The notes below the pieces were generated by a model. That model was not told the origin of the DNA, made no database searches, and saw only the letters and a program-made list of their open reading frames with translations. From a virus, in IMG/VR virus record IMGVR_UViG_3300045988_163304, positions 64,001 through 128,000 of that record: 64,000 nt of DNA; one strand, 5' to 3'. The position numbers and the translations under genes were made by a program. Shown piece after piece: positions 34,844 through 50,000 of the stretch. Every line of letters starts with the position of its first letter. Within the stretch, counting starts at the first letter, position 1.

Positions 34844-36475
34844 TTAAAAAGTACCCCAAGTTAATTCAACGCTTAAGGCATTAGCGTCAGCGCCTTTAGT
34901 AAGAGTTAAAGTATCAGATACTATAGTTCCAGTACCGCTACCAACGCTTGAGCCATTAGCAGTAATAAAGTGAGTAATAGTAGCAGTATTACCAGTTACA
35001 GCAACAACATCATTACCAGTTCCATAAGTAGGTAATTTAGTAGGAGTTGAAGTAATTTCAGTAACGTGACCCTGTTTATTAGAAGTAACTTTATTAACAA
35101 CAGTGAAAGTACCACCATTACCTAATTGAGACGTATCAGTTTTGTTGTCAATTGTTTGAGTAACATCAGCGTGTTTAATAGTAACCTCTAAATTTTCTCC
35201 AGGGTTAGCTGTAGAAGAAATATCTAAAGCTGTTCCTTTTACAAATTTAATAGAACCAACTTGATCAGTTTTTGAACCAGCGTTAGAGTTTACTGTCCAA
35301 GAATTTTGAGTAGCATCACCAGCAAAAGTATAATGAGTGTCAATAATAGTATCATCGCCAGAAGGAATATAAGTCCAGGTAATAGCTTTTAAGACTCCAT
35401 TCTCTTCTTTGCCTGTAGCAATTAAAAGGTCGCCCTACTTAGCTGTTTTTCCTGATGCGTAAGTAACCTCAGCATCAACTAAGAACATATCACCATTATG
35501 AACAGGCTCTAAAGTGGCAGCAGTTCCTTTGGTTATCTGATAAGTTCCATTCATCTGGTAAGTTGCACTAGAACTGCCAACAGTACCACAATAAGTAACA
35601 CCATTTAAATCAGTGAATAATTGATCAACTTCTTTTTTGGTATATACTGGTAATTCAGAAGTTTTAGCATCTGAACCAATACCATAGAAAGTAGAACCAA
35701 TATTATATCCTAACTTTAATGCATCGCTTGAAACTGCCTTATCATCAGTAATAGTAGATACTAAACCTTTGTCAGTAAGAGTTAAGGCAGCACTCTTATT
35801 AACTGTATTTTTACTACTAATTTTAATGCCCTTACCATCAGCATCAGCAGCAATAGTAACATTATCTCCGCCCTCTACTTTCACAGTAGAATCATCTTGT
35901 AGAGCACTATCTAAAGTTAAAGTCGCAGTATTACCAGTGACAGCAGAAGATAAAGTATAAGTATCTCCAGTAACTGTTACGCCTTTAGTACCATCAGGTG
36001 TTACTTGAGCGCCTTTAGCCCCTTTAATAGTAAGATTATCATAAACATTTTTATTCTTAGTATCAGTAACTGTAGTTTTAATATTTACACCATGAGTAAC
36101 ATCAGAAACAACATTAGTTAATGTTTTATTAACGGTATCAGTAGAATAGTTAATCTGAATCCATTGAGTGCCGTTATAATAAGCAAGAATATTACCCTTA
36201 CCAGTATTGCCATTTCCATCTGTGCCAGTACTAGAACCAGAAATATAAGCAAAATCGCCTTCATGAGCTTTACCAGTGCCAGGTAATTGGTCTAGACTAC
36301 TATATACTTGAACAACTTTATTTAATAATTGAATGCCATCAGCTTGGCCAACATATAAACGATTACTATCAGAAGTTAGATAAAAAGTACCAACTTCCCA
36401 GCCAGTTCCACCATTAAGATATTCATTAATTTTAGTTTGTAAACCAAGTTTAAATTTTACAGGAGTATTAGGCAT
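34844..36475 (-). CDS. tail fiber protein; one TAG at 35435
   Basis: N-terminus GTFYLTSDSNRLYVG fiber motif; reads to TAA at 34844. Confidence 0.6.
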
Positions 36476-36513
36476 ATATTAAACCTTCCTTTCTATTATT
36501 AGAAATTAACTTA

Positions 36514-37449
36514 TTAAGTTATTTCTTTCCAAGTTAATCTTTCATAAACTTTATTAATTTCATTAACAATATTAGTGCTATCTCCTTCAGTAGGAGCATT
36601 TCCAATATCAGTTAAAGAGCCAATAGTAGAATTAAATACCTTTAATGAAGTATATTCTGTAATTAATTTTTGTTCAACAGCCTATAAATCTGAAGTTTTC
36701 GCGTAGCCTGTTAAATCTGCATTACCAAAAACACCTAATCGTTCTGGTTTTGCATTAACAATCATATACTCATCATAAAAATTATTATTATCACCACTGT
36801 TATTTGGAACTAAATAAACAACATTTTCTTTATTATTTTCTTCAGAAGTAATATCTTCTAAACTACTAACTGGCTTATAAGATAAATGATTTGCATTAGC
36901 AATTTCATTTTTTATAACAGTAGTAAAATTATCAACATCAGTACGTAACCCAGCTAATTTTTCACTAATTGCATTAAAATCTTCAGCAGGTTTAACCCAT
37001 TGAAGTTTACCAGTTTCACCCTTTTGTAAATAAGCTCCATTACTGGCATCAGTAAAACCTATTAAATTTAATTCAGGATTTTGACCTTCAATAGATTTAA
37101 ATTCAAAAGTATTTTCATTAACATTAATTTCTAATTGACTAGCAATTAAATTAGCAACGTCAGCTAAAGATTTACTTTCCCATTTACCGCTATCATTTTT
37201 AACTAAAAACGCACCAGCATCGGTTACAGTTTCTAAAACATCGCTAATATCAGATAATTTAGTAATATTAGTGCCTGAGCCAGAACCACTAATTAATTTA
37301 TCTCCTAAATACAAATATCCATTTTTTCTATCAGCAGCTTCATAAATAAAATATAGAGTATTAGGATCAATTAATTTTCGGGCTCCTAATGAATTATAAG
37401 CAGCAACTGTGCCACGTTGAAACTTTACATAATTAACATTATTTGGCAT
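36514..37449 (-). CDS. tail fiber protein; two TAGs
   Basis: N-terminus NTLYFIYEAADRKNGYLYLGD fiber motif. Confidence 0.6.
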
Positions 37450-37523
37450 ATTAATCTCCTTTCTTTTAAAATTATTTATAAATCATAAAAGAAATCTTTT
37501 CCCTTACTATTATTAATAAAAAA

Positions 37524-37552
37524 ACTTGGCCTATAATTAAACATTATAGGCC
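37524..37552 (-). terminator. hairpin terminator
   Basis: ggcctataat / attataggcc with T7 on the minus strand. Confidence 0.5.
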
Positions 37553-37566
37553 AGTCGTTTAACTCT

Positions 37567-40500
37567 TTACTCATTAAATATTTTAATAATTTCTTCCTCA
37601 GAATAATAAGAAATAGAAAAAATCTACTAGTTTTCCAAATAGTATTCTTCTTTATTATTTGGATCAACTAAAATATTTTTCCAAATACTATTAATATTTA
37701 ATGAATCAAAAGGATACTTATCTATATTTAATTTATAATAATGCGCGGTATCTTTATATTCTAAATCAGTATCATTTTTAATAATTTTATACTAAGGATT
37801 CTAAATATTATCTAAATAATACATAATTAAACATTCATTTTCATTTAAAGAATTAAAAATAGTTTGTAAATTTTCTAAATTGGTCACTTTAATTTCTGTT
37901 AAAGGATTAATTCCAAAATCATTTTCTTCTGCATTATTATAATCTAATAAATATTTTGTTGTTGCTGCCTCAGTGCTAAAAATAATATTAGGTCTATTTA
38001 AAATATATCCAGGAACACCAGGTTTATCTTCTTCCCAATTACTTTGATAATTATCTCGACTATTTTGGAATTCTCTCAATAATCCCCACAATGAATTTAA
38101 ATTACGATAATACTAAATTGTAGGACTATAAACAGACGCTTTTTTATATAAGCAATAAGGTTTATAATAAATGACTCCATCTTTAAATTCATTAGTATAA
38201 ATATCATTATTAAAGTCCTTATCACATATTAAATTTATAGTATCAATTATTTGATTATTATCATCAAAAATAATAGCATCTTTAATAATATAATCTTTCT
38301 TTTTAGGGTCAGTTAAATCATTAGGAGTAGCTTTTATAAAATAGGCTAAAGATGAATTAAATTTTTCAGTTGCTGAAACTTGATGCCAAATTGGAGAATC
38401 ATCATCTAATACATATAAAGGACCAAAAGCGCCATCGTGTAATTTATTAAAGGTTTTACTATTTTGAATATAGCCAAATGTTATATCTCCAGCATGATCG
38501 CCCTATAACAATGTTTCCTGAGTTGGGTATTCATAACGATTATAATAAGTTCTTAAAGGTAAAAATTTATCAATATTATAATTATCACTATATTTTCCTA
38601 ATAACTCAGAAATTCCATTATATAAACCCCATAGGCTTTCTTCACTAGGAATATCATAATAATCATTATCAGTTTTTAAACCTAATATTTTATAAATATA
38701 TCGAATTAATCCTGCTAATGTAGTTGGATATTCATCTGAATGAATTTTATCTCTATCATTACCAATAAATAAATAACGAGGAGCATCTAATGAAGTATTA
38801 TCCTCTTTAAAAATGTAATAAGTAGTATTTGGGTCAAGAATATCATCTTTACTAACTTGAATATAATAAGATCCATTCTTATAATATAAATCGCCATTTA
38901 AATAATATTTATTGTTATAATAGGCATTTGGATTATCAGCGCCTCCATGAATATCTGGATACTCTTCCCAAATTCCTCTTGGATAAACTAAATCCCATAA
39001 ATCTGATACAACGTTACCCAATTCTGGTAAATTAATATCAAAAGTTCGCTGGTCGATTTGTTTAGCATATTTTAATGCACCATTTACATAATATCCTGCG
39101 TCAGATAACTAAAAATCAAATGGATGAGTCGCATTTGAATATACTCCTTCTTCACTTTGATTTAATAGTTTCTAACCTTGCATATCCATATGAACTGGAT
39201 ACAATTCACCAGAACTAGTTTTAGTTAAATAAATCTAATTTTCAGCACTTTCAATATAATTACGACGTTCAGGATTAAAACCTGCTTTATTATAATGAAA
39301 TTTAGTATAAGTATCAAATTTCCAATTTCGAGGAATATGTAATTTATAATCTAAATCAGTACTTCTAAAAGTATCTATGTGGGGACCACCATTTACGCGC
39401 ACTTTAGTACGTTCAAAATATTTCTAAGTGGAATCATATTCATCATCATTGGTAATTTCAATTAATTTATTATTTTTAAATGTATATATTTGCTAAGGTA
39501 CAACTTTTAAACGATCAAATAATTCTTTAGAAATATACCCTGATTGCTAAAAAGTTTTATGATAATAGCGATAACGAGTGCCGATACCATCTGTGGCTTG
39601 ATATTTCCATCCTGGATAAATACCATCATAAGTAGTTATTGCTCCACTATAATTATTAGAAATAAAAATATTTCCAATGCTATTTAAATAACTGTCTAAT
39701 GTATCTTGGCTTTTTATTAATTCATTTCCTGTTTCATCAACTAACCAATCATAAATAACTAAATCGCTTAAAATTTCTTTGTATTGAAAATAAGGGCCTA
39801 TATAAACATCTTTAATAGGAATTATTTCATTCTAATTTTTTTGATATTGAGGAATTTCATTTTTTCGAACTATAATTGCGTTATCGATTGCATTTTGCCA
39901 AGTTAAATATACTGCATTATAATTATTCTATATTGTATTAAATCTAGTAATTAAACCATTATATAATTCTACATTTTCAGCCTATCCTAATTTTTCAGCC
40001 ACATCTTTCTAATTTTCTAACTAAGTTAAATAAGCATCAGCGCCATTAATTTTTCCATTATGTTCTTCAGAAAATGATAAATTATTCTCAATAAACAAAG
40101 TAGTATTTTTATTATTATTTTCAAAAGTTATAACTTCTTGTAAAGCTGTTTTAATTTTTGCTTCAGCCTCAAGAACTATTTGAGATTTTGTATTCCAAAC
40201 ATTTTTAATAAATTCTATTGGTAATTCTTCATATAAATCAATAGTTGTAACAGAATCATCAAAACCAATTTCTTTTTCTCCAGATTTATAATAATAAGTA
40301 TTTAATAAAGATAATTCATTACGATTACCATCTTCATATTTGATACTTACAATTTGATATTCATCATTATCAGAAGGAGCATCTACTATAGCTTCAAATT
40401 TTGGGGCTTTAGCGTCTAAACTAGATACCATAATATATTTTTCAGTAATAGTAGAATTACTTCCTACTGAACACCAAATTTTTTGCCAAACAGTATGATC

Positions 40501-41040
40501 ATAATTATCTTGATATTCTTTTTTATCAATTTCTTTATTAATAGCATATTCACAATTTTCGTCTATGCCATCAGGAGTTAATCGATTATTATCTTTTAAT
40601 ACATCGCTTTTTTTTATATAATACTAAATAGTATCATCATAACTCTCGCTCTTTTTAACTTCACAATATTCTCCATAAGGGCGAGTTCTTAAAGCTGTAG
40701 TATAATCATCATTTGTATTATAAATACTATAATTCTTTTTCTAAATATCTTGACCAATTTTATAAGTATATAATATTGGACATTCATTAGTAAATACATT
40801 TTTTTGATGCCAAACATCTTGAATATCAACTGATTTATAAGGACTATATCTACGCTCTCCATAGTTAATTAAAACATATCGCGTATTATAAACTCCATCG
40901 CCGAGAGTGTCTGCTTTATTAGATTTATCCTAATGAATTTTACTAATGGCTTCTTCCATAGCAGCTCGATTAGGATAAGTTTTATCAAAAACTAAAGAAA
41001 TTCTAGAATTAGTTTTTATATTACCATAAAAAGAACCCAT
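37567..41040 (-). CDS. large (~1150 aa) baseplate or tail structural protein; about 20 TAGs, including a tandem TAG-TAG at 37624-37629
   Basis: The 37801, 38503 and 40021 track ORFs and the start at 41040 share one frame. Explicit translation across 38100-38520 and 39000-39120 needs only TAG. Confidence 0.5.
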
Positions 41041-41381
41041 TAGCTTCCCTCCTTTTCATAAAGCATATCAATTAATAAATACGCATCTTGATTTTCATCT
41101 ATATTTGTTAATGACATTTCATCAAAATTAATAGAAGTTATAACTCCAGTGCCTTGAGTCATATCTAATTCATACAACCCAATCCCACCTAGCATAATAT
41201 AATCTTGATTAGCATTAAGTCTAAATTTTGTACCTGGTAAACTCTGAATACCTATTTTTACAATAGGAGTATAATCATCAAAAATTGTTCCAGACATTAA
41301 TTTAGCTTTACTAATAGTTGTTGGATAATTTTTTTCATTCAATTCTCCAAAATATCTAAACTAAACAATTCCTTTAGACAT
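41040..41381 (-). CDS. small baseplate-like protein; one TAG
   Basis: RBS GGAGAAGGAG; TAATG overlap with the downstream gene. Confidence 0.4.
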
Positions 41382-41398
41382 TTACTCCTTCTCCTCTC

Positions 41399-44005
41399 TT
41401 ATAATAACCTTGGCGGTGCTTTTGTTGCTGTAATTGTCATTGTTCCATTGTGTGTTAATTGTAATGATATTTTATTAAGTATATATTCACCATGTATATC
41501 ACTTTTATTATCATCTACTGTAATAATACTATTTGGTTCTAAATAATATATAGGGATAGTTTTTAAACTAATCTTTTCATTCATATAAGCATATTGATAA
41601 AGTAAATCATTTAATTCAGTATAAGCTGTTTTGCTCTATGAAGTAATATTAAATTTATTTTCATAAATAGAAGATAAAGGCATATAAGCATACCCATCCT
41701 ATAACATATTCTATTTTTTATATAATTCATATTTTTCAGGATTAATATAAATAATATTAGGAGTATCTCTATAAATAATAGACTTAATAGCATCATTATT
41801 AACAATTTTCGGCCTATCTCCAATAGCTTTTACAGAATACTTGCCAATAAAACTACTAGCGTCTTCTATAAAATCCATCCAATAAACAAGAGCAGAAGGA
41901 TCATTAACATAAGTGCGATTCCAACCATAATACACTTTTTCCTAATCCGTTAATTTATTTGTATGTCCCGCTTTAACAACATAATATTTATCTTCATCAT
42001 CAGAAGTAGGATTATAAATATCTCTCCAATATAATAACATATCGGCATAATAACTTTCATATCCAGTCTATCCATTTTTATAAGTTGGATTTAATTTAGC
42101 TAAACGTATAGCATAATCATCATCATGACCATATTGCTAATAATCACAAGCCATTTGGTATATTAATTCACGCCAATTCTATTTTGTATAATAAATATTT
42201 TCAGAATCTTGAGTAGGAATAATTGGTTTGTAAACAAAAGCTCTACCACCATGCTAATACAATGGATCAAAATAACTATTCCAAGGATGAGTGCAAGAAG
42301 CGCCATGACCAACATATCCAATAGTATTATCTGATAGTAAATCAAAAACATATAAATCTTCTTTCTCATTATCCCAACTACCATAATAAGGTCCAATTTT
42401 TGCTCCATTATAAGTATAAGCCATTAAATCATTATCAGTTGCAGGAGTATAAATTTCATTTAAATTAATTTTCGCGCCGTTTTCTTTTTTATAATATTTA
42501 CTTAATACACCGGCAGGATAATCACCAAAATATAATTTATATAATTCTGCCCAATCTTTAACGTCCCACCAATCTTCACTCAATGGCTCTCCTGTTAAAG
42601 TATCATTTGGGTTAAGCGTTTTTGCAAACTCTCCAGTGGCTTCTGGATCATAACTACGATAAGTAATACCAGCGAACGTAGTATAAATCTTTGGTTTTTC
42701 ATCAATAGCATATCGTAAATGAATTGGAGCTCCCTCACTATTAGAAGAAGTTGAATTTTTTTTACCCCAAATAATAAAATTATTTTTTATTTTAGAAAAA
42801 TCTGGCGTATTCTAAAATGAAGTAATTAATATATTATCAGAAAAATTATATTTGCTCTTAGAAGTTAACATAGCATTTTCTTCATATAATTGGTTATATT
42901 CATAATTAGTTAAACTATTTTTATCAATAGCTTTTATTTCTTTATCTTGTATTACATCAGCACTATTTTCTGTTCGGACAACACTCGTCCAAGATTGATT
43001 AACATAAGTCATTTTTTTCTAAAAAATAAATTGTCCATTAATATCATAAAAATATTCATAAGTCCCAAAAGTAGAGCAAATTTTATCTAATACAGAAGTA
43101 ACTGTATCTCCTACATTTACAGCTAATCCATCTTCTGTTGGCCAATATAATTCTACATCTCGATATCCAGCAGTAGAATTAGCTTCAATCTTAGAAACAT
43201 AATATCCTATCTTATCAGTAATACCATCTTTTAATTTTATTTTAAAATCTGTCGATCCAATAGGAGTTAATTCATTATTAGTTAAATCTTGTAACTAAAC
43301 TTTTCTACCATCCATAGTATATTTTGTCATACTGCCGTCAAAAGTAATATTTACATAAATACCATTATCATCTAAGAAAGCATATAAATCGCCATCATTA
43401 TATTTCAAAAGCTCTAACCCCCGATCAGTTAAATCTTTTATTAAAATATTATGAAAAGGTTCATTGCCGTAAAAATGAATCATTTCTCGGACAATCTAAA
43501 AAATAGGAATTTTAACATTAGTAAAACTACCATCTGGATTTTCTCTGCGCTCAACAGCAAAGTCTATCGGATTCGGGAAATTTCCTCCCACTTCTCCATT
43601 TAATAAACACATTTTATCTTTTCCAGAAATTGAAATCATACATTGATTAGAAGATAAAGAGGTGTTAAAATTAGTAATAACAAATACTCCTTGCGGAAAC
43701 CAAATAATATTTTCATAATCATCATCAATATTATTAATTAAACCAATATATAGTTTAAATTTAGTAGTCAAACCCCAATAAACATCGGTAATATTTACTC
43801 CAGTAGAAACAAGAGAAATCGAACAAGACCGACGTATAGCGGAGGATCCATCAATATTAATGGATCCTCCAGTGGCCTTTCCTTCAATTAACTCTATAGG
43901 CTCTTCATCTTTATTTAAACTAATTATTTTTATAAAAATTTCTTTCTAATTATTTAAATCTAATTTTTTTAAAAATTTTGTATCTAATAATGGATTATTT
44001 TTCAT
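41399..44005 (-). CDS. tail or baseplate protein (~865 aa); many TAGs
   Basis: Six track ORFs (41399, 41711, 42254, 42812, 43295, 43496) share one frame. Confidence 0.45.
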
Positions 44006-44022
44006 TGATACATACCCGCCTT

Positions 44023-47000
44023 TATCTCTCTTGTATAGCCTTTATCTAATTCAAGGATAAAATTATTCCAAGCATCTTTTACTTGCTATACTAATTTTTT
44101 CATTTGAGCGTCTTTTGAAGAAGCATCTGATTTATAATACTCATAATACTATTTAGAATTGGAGTCAAGAAAACCAGTAAAAATCTAGAGATATTCAGTA
44201 TATTTTGATTCATAATAATCTTTTTTTGATTTATATAATGTTTGTTTATTTGTATACATTGTTTCTAAGATTTCAGCCTATTTTACTGCTGCTTCACAGG
44301 CTTTAATATCTTTACTTAAAACTAAATCAATATACCAATAAAAAATACCAATAGAAGTAATAGCGGGGTAAGTATCATCAGGTTTATTTGAAATTGTAGG
44401 TTTATTTGTAAATAGCTCCAATAGTAAAGGATTAATACGATATTTATTAAATAACTAACTATTGCACCAATAATACAAAATAGCAATATTAGAAATTCCT
44501 TTCAACAAACTTAAATACTAAAATTTTCTCCAAGTAATTGAATCCGTTTCATTAAGAGCAGTAATTTTATAATTTGCAGGATTATTAATTTTTACATTTT
44601 TATTAAAAATATTTCTATTATTTTTATTATAAGCTAAATATAAATTATATGCCGTTCCTGATGCATCTAATAATTTATTATAAGCAGAGATAATATTATC
44701 AATTGTGCCCCGTTCAGTTAAAGCATTATCTCCTCCAATAGTATTATTTAAAAATGTCAAACGAGAACCAGTATTTAATCCTATGGTTTTTTCTATCATT
44801 TGTCGCTCAGGATAAATAATTTTATTATCTTTCATAAAAGTATTAAAAGACTCACTATTATTTGCCGTAAGAGTAATATTATCTTGATATTTATTATTAA
44901 TGTATAAATTAATTGTACCCCCAAATAATTCTGCCTGTTTAGGATTGTTTAATTCTAAAAATTGACTAATAAAATTATAAGTATTATTTTTTTTATCCAA
45001 ATCCGCTACTGGCAAATTATTATAATATTCTATAAATGTTTTTGCCAAAGCATCTCTATCTTTCATATAATATTGCACTGAATCATCAAAAACAGTAGCT
45101 ATTTTATAATTAGAATTTTCATAAATATAGTATTTTTTCTATTTAAAAAATTCATCATTCTCTATAACATTATTAACTTTAATAAATTCATCAGTCAGGC
45201 CTTCATTAATTAATATAGATTGATAGGACTAAATTAAAGTATTATAAGCATTTATAATATTATTTAATCCATTACCCTGCTCTGATAAATCAAATAATGA
45301 TTCAAAACATTTATCTCCATAACTATTTGAATTAATATAAGAAATCTAATCGGATAAAACATCTAATACTTTACGATAACCATCAGATACATAAGGCTTA
45401 CAAGTATTATCAATTAAATTAATTAAAGCTTTAATTTTAGCAGCCCGCATCGAATTTTCTTCAACAGTATATACTGGTTCATCAAATTCAATACTATTAT
45501 ACATACTATTATCAATAATTTCTTCAGAATTTGATAATTCAAAAATGAGGCCTCGACTTGTCTCTGCTTTGATATTTTCTTGAATAGTAGAAGTTAAAAT
45601 AGCTAAATATGATTCTGATTCTTGTATACCCTATGGCTAATCTATATATTTAAATCTATTTAACAATCTATATCTCATTAGAAAAACCTAGGTCCAAGCT
45701 TTTGCCTATGTCTCATATGATAAATAATTATTAATAGCTAATAAACCATAATGGTTTTTCGCACTTTCTTCAGCGCACCACTATTTTATATTTAATGTTT
45801 GATTCAAATAATTTTTATAAATACTATTTATCATAAAATTAGACCATTTTAAATCTAAAGAGGCTTGATAAATACTTTCAATTTTATCAGCATATAAAAT
45901 TAGAGTTTTAATAGTTTCACTATCACTATCTGACAAATTATTTGTTTTTCCTTCGCTAATAAACTTATCAGCTAATGATTGATAAGCTGAAAAGGCGTTA
46001 GTAGCATAATCTCCACCAACAGCATACTAAAATAAATCTTTTACTGTTTTAAATCCGCTGTTATTTAAATGAATATTTCCAATTTTTTCCATTGTACTTG
46101 CAACCTATTCATAAGGATATAAAGCTTGATTAGTTTGTTGATTAATACCAATATATTGAATTAACGCCTCAGAGTCTGGCTCTCCTTCTTTTATCCCAAA
46201 TAAAAATCGTAAATTATTATGAGCTGTTTTTATTTTCCAATAATTTTCCAAACAACTAAAAATATCACTAGAAATTGAAGTTAAAAATAGATTATCTAAT
46301 TCAGTATCATTTTCTCCATCAATTACCATATCTTGATAAGTAGCTATAGATACAGATAATTGAGTTAAATTATTCCAACTTTCTAAATAATATTTTAATT
46401 GTTTCAATCGAGCTTGAGCTTCAGTAGAACTAGTATCAGAAGTTCCATCTATTTGTTGATAATGATTTTTAATTGAATTTAAAATTTTCTCAATAGAAAT
46501 TGAAGACTCTAAATTAGTTAAAAACTTTTCATCATCTTTATATTTATTATAGTTTGTAGACTAAAAATCATCTAATATTAAAGCAATATGCTACATAATT
46601 AAATTATATAACCATAAACCTGCTTTATACTAATAAATATTAGTATTATATTCATCAGCTTTAGTTTCTAATCTATTAATCTAAAGTACATAATTTTGTA
46701 CTAACATTAAAGCATTTTCAACAACCCCATTGCGCTAATTATATAATTTTTTTAATAAAGTTGTAATTTTAGCTAATTTATCATTAATACCAATTTTAGA
46801 AGTTTTTTGAATTAAATCAACTAAATCATTTTCTTCATTTTCAACTAAATTTAATTCATTATACATTGTTTTATTTATCTATAATTTACGAATTAAATCT
46901 TCTACTTTTTGTTTATCTGCCATTTTTTGTTCTTCTGTTGTGCCTTTAGCCCAAAGATCAGCTATATTATTACGCTAAGTTATTTGAGCCTAATTTGTAT

Positions 47001-50000
47001 TTAAAATTTCATTTAATAATTTTCTATCCTAATAATTTATTTTTAAACCTAAATTTGACTAATAATTATTAGTATTCTCATAAGGTAAATTATTATTTTC
47101 AGTTAATCCCTATAAAAGAGTATCATATATACGAGTTAAAGTTAAATAACGCTAAAACCCGCAATCAGCTTCTGCAATAATTTCATAATTACGATATAAA
47201 TTTTTCAAGAAATCTGATAATTTTAAATAAGTTTCTTTCGCTCCTTGAACATACTAATCGTTTTCTTCAGTAAAATAATCAAAAATTTCTAACTAAAAAG
47301 TTACTTCTCCAATTAATCCAGTGCCTATTTTTATTACTTTTGGAGAACCTAAATTAGAAAAATATTGTTCTTCCCCTTCATTCATTTGGACCTAATTCTC
47401 ATACCTTAAATAAAAATCTGGAATCTAAGAAGCTTTTACAATAGCTTCAGCTTGATTATTCTAATCAATAGTCCAGTCTGTATGTTTATAATTTGGTAAA
47501 GAATCATAATCTTCTTTATTCACCCATTTGATAGCTGTTTCTAAATAATTAATATCATCAATTAATTTATCATTATTAGAAATACTTAAGAAATAAGAAT
47601 CTTTACTTAACTATTCTTTTAATGGATTTATTTTAGCATCATATTCTTTTCTAAGATTGTTTTTTTGGTCCTCATCTGTTGAAAGGTCTAATTTTTTCTA
47701 TAATTCATTTTCTAATGTTTTAATAGTATTAGTTAATTCTGGATTTCCTTTAGGATAAACAAATACCTCATCAATAGGTAAATAAACATTATTTCTTTTA
47801 ACATAAATATTTAAATTATTATCTAAATATTTTTTTTCACCATTAATTATTACATAAAAGAAATTATTAGTTTCATCTTGTTTAAAATCAGAAATTTTTT
47901 CATATCTATATTTATCATCAATATAAAATGAAGTATCATACTCATTAACAACAGACTCCCAATAGCAATCATAATACTATCCAGTTTTTACTCCAAAAAT
48001 ATTAGTTCGCTACGTTGGCATCCAAGTCTAAAATTTTGAAGAATATTCATACATCTAGAAAATACAAAATTCATCATTGATATCATAATAATGCTATACT
48101 TGAGGTGTAAGCTCATCAATAGGATAAGGAACTCCAAAAGGTGTAACAGAGTAAAGTAAATACTAACTTCCAATAACTTCATCATAGTCTTTTTTGGTAT
48201 AAGTCCCATCAGCCAAAGGTAAAACCTTATTAGTTACTTGTCCATTTGTCACAGCCCAAGGAATCCCATCAGGATACTTTTTAGTTAATTTATTCCATCC
48301 TTCTAATGTGACCTATTCGTAAGGAACGGCATAGATAGGAATTAATTCACGAACTCTTATTTTTAATTGTTCTAAATTTAAAATTTTTAATTTCTCTTTC
48401 TAATAATTATAAAAAGTAGTTATAATATGTTGTAGAATATCACCAGGTTCAAAATTCTTTTTAGAAAGTTCTTGATATAATAAATCTAAAGAAGAACTAT
48501 AAGTTTCATTATTTAATAAAATTCTATCATTAATTGACTATATAGCTTTTATTATTCTATTCTAATCTTCTGGCAATAATGTTATTTTATTCTTTTCAGA
48601 AACTAAAGTATTTAGCTCTGTTAGCACTGGATCAATTCCTACAAATTGATTACTTAAAATAGTTTTTAATTTAACTGCTGTAATAGCGTCAAAATTAGAA
48701 TATCTTACTCCTTGATACTAACATTCTAAGATACCTACTGGATGAGTTTCTGGAGAATTTGGAATACGAATCTATTCTATTAAAGAATTACTATTATTAT
48801 AATTATAAGAGCCAGTAATACCAATAACTATTTCTTCTTCAGTTTTTTCAGAACGATCTCCATAAGTAAGAAAAATACTTGAACCAGGTTTCATATCTTG
48901 AACAGAGAATGAACTTATATTAGATTCAAATTTTAAAATAATATCTCCAATTGGCTCATAATCATTTAAATAATAACTTCTCCACATAGAAATATATTTA
49001 CTAATTAAATCAGTCTATATAAAACCATATTGTAATAAATTTGAATAAGAAAAATCAGCAACTTCTACGCATTGAGCTGTAAATGAATGTAACATTCGCC
49101 CTAAACTATCTACTGGAGACAATGAAACATTCATAATGCGCACAATATAGTTCCCCTCTGGCCCCGATCTAAATAATTTTGGTTTCCCATTATTTAGCCA
49201 ATCTAAAACTTCCGTTTTAAAATCACGTTCTTTATGGATATTATTTTCGATTAAATCACAAGGATTCTCTAAAACTCGCTCCATTTCAGAAAAAAATTCA
49301 GCACTATTCTTTTTATTAGAGGTTTGAGTACAAGAACGAATATATTCATTTACTTCTCTATCATAAAATAATAATTCATCATCCATCTAATAAGATAATA
49401 AACCACTAATAGGAAATTCTTTATATCCAACATTTCCATTTCTAAAAATAAATGGATATTTATTACCAATAGTATTTGTTTTCTATTCTAAAATAGTAGT
49501 TTTAAATGAAGAAATTTTTGGATTAAATTTAATCTTTAAAATTCTTTCTCCATCATATAAAAATATATCTTCAAAATCAACTGATATTGGTTCACTCTCA
49601 ATTCGTGAAGAATAAATGCCAAATAAATTATATTGAATAACTCCATAAATATATTTTACACCCTATTTTACAGTATAATCATTATATTTAATTAATGAAG
49701 GACGCATATTTTCCAGTTTAAATTTTTTAATTTCTAACCAAGATCTATAATCATCTTCTTCACTCGCACGAACTAATATATATTGACCAAAATAAGCCTC
49801 TTCTTGTTTATCGACTTGATACTCAGTAATTATATCATATCCTAAAAGAGAAAAATATTCTTTAATTAAAGATGTTGACATATTTACTGTTGAAATAATA
49901 TTTTGGCATAAATTAATAAATTCTTTATTAGTAACTTTTTCATCTATTAATGTATTATCATTTTTAATAGCATCCTATAAATATTTTAAGTAAGCAATAA

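Noticed and set aside
47988-48209. Track ORFs 47988-48209(-), 59026-59226(-), 41611-41823(-), 42163-42408(-), 20008-20226(-), 22032-22220(-), 37476-37667(-)
   Set aside because: They lie out of frame relative to the surrounding continuous TAG-joined frames, with hydrophobic or low-complexity junk translations.
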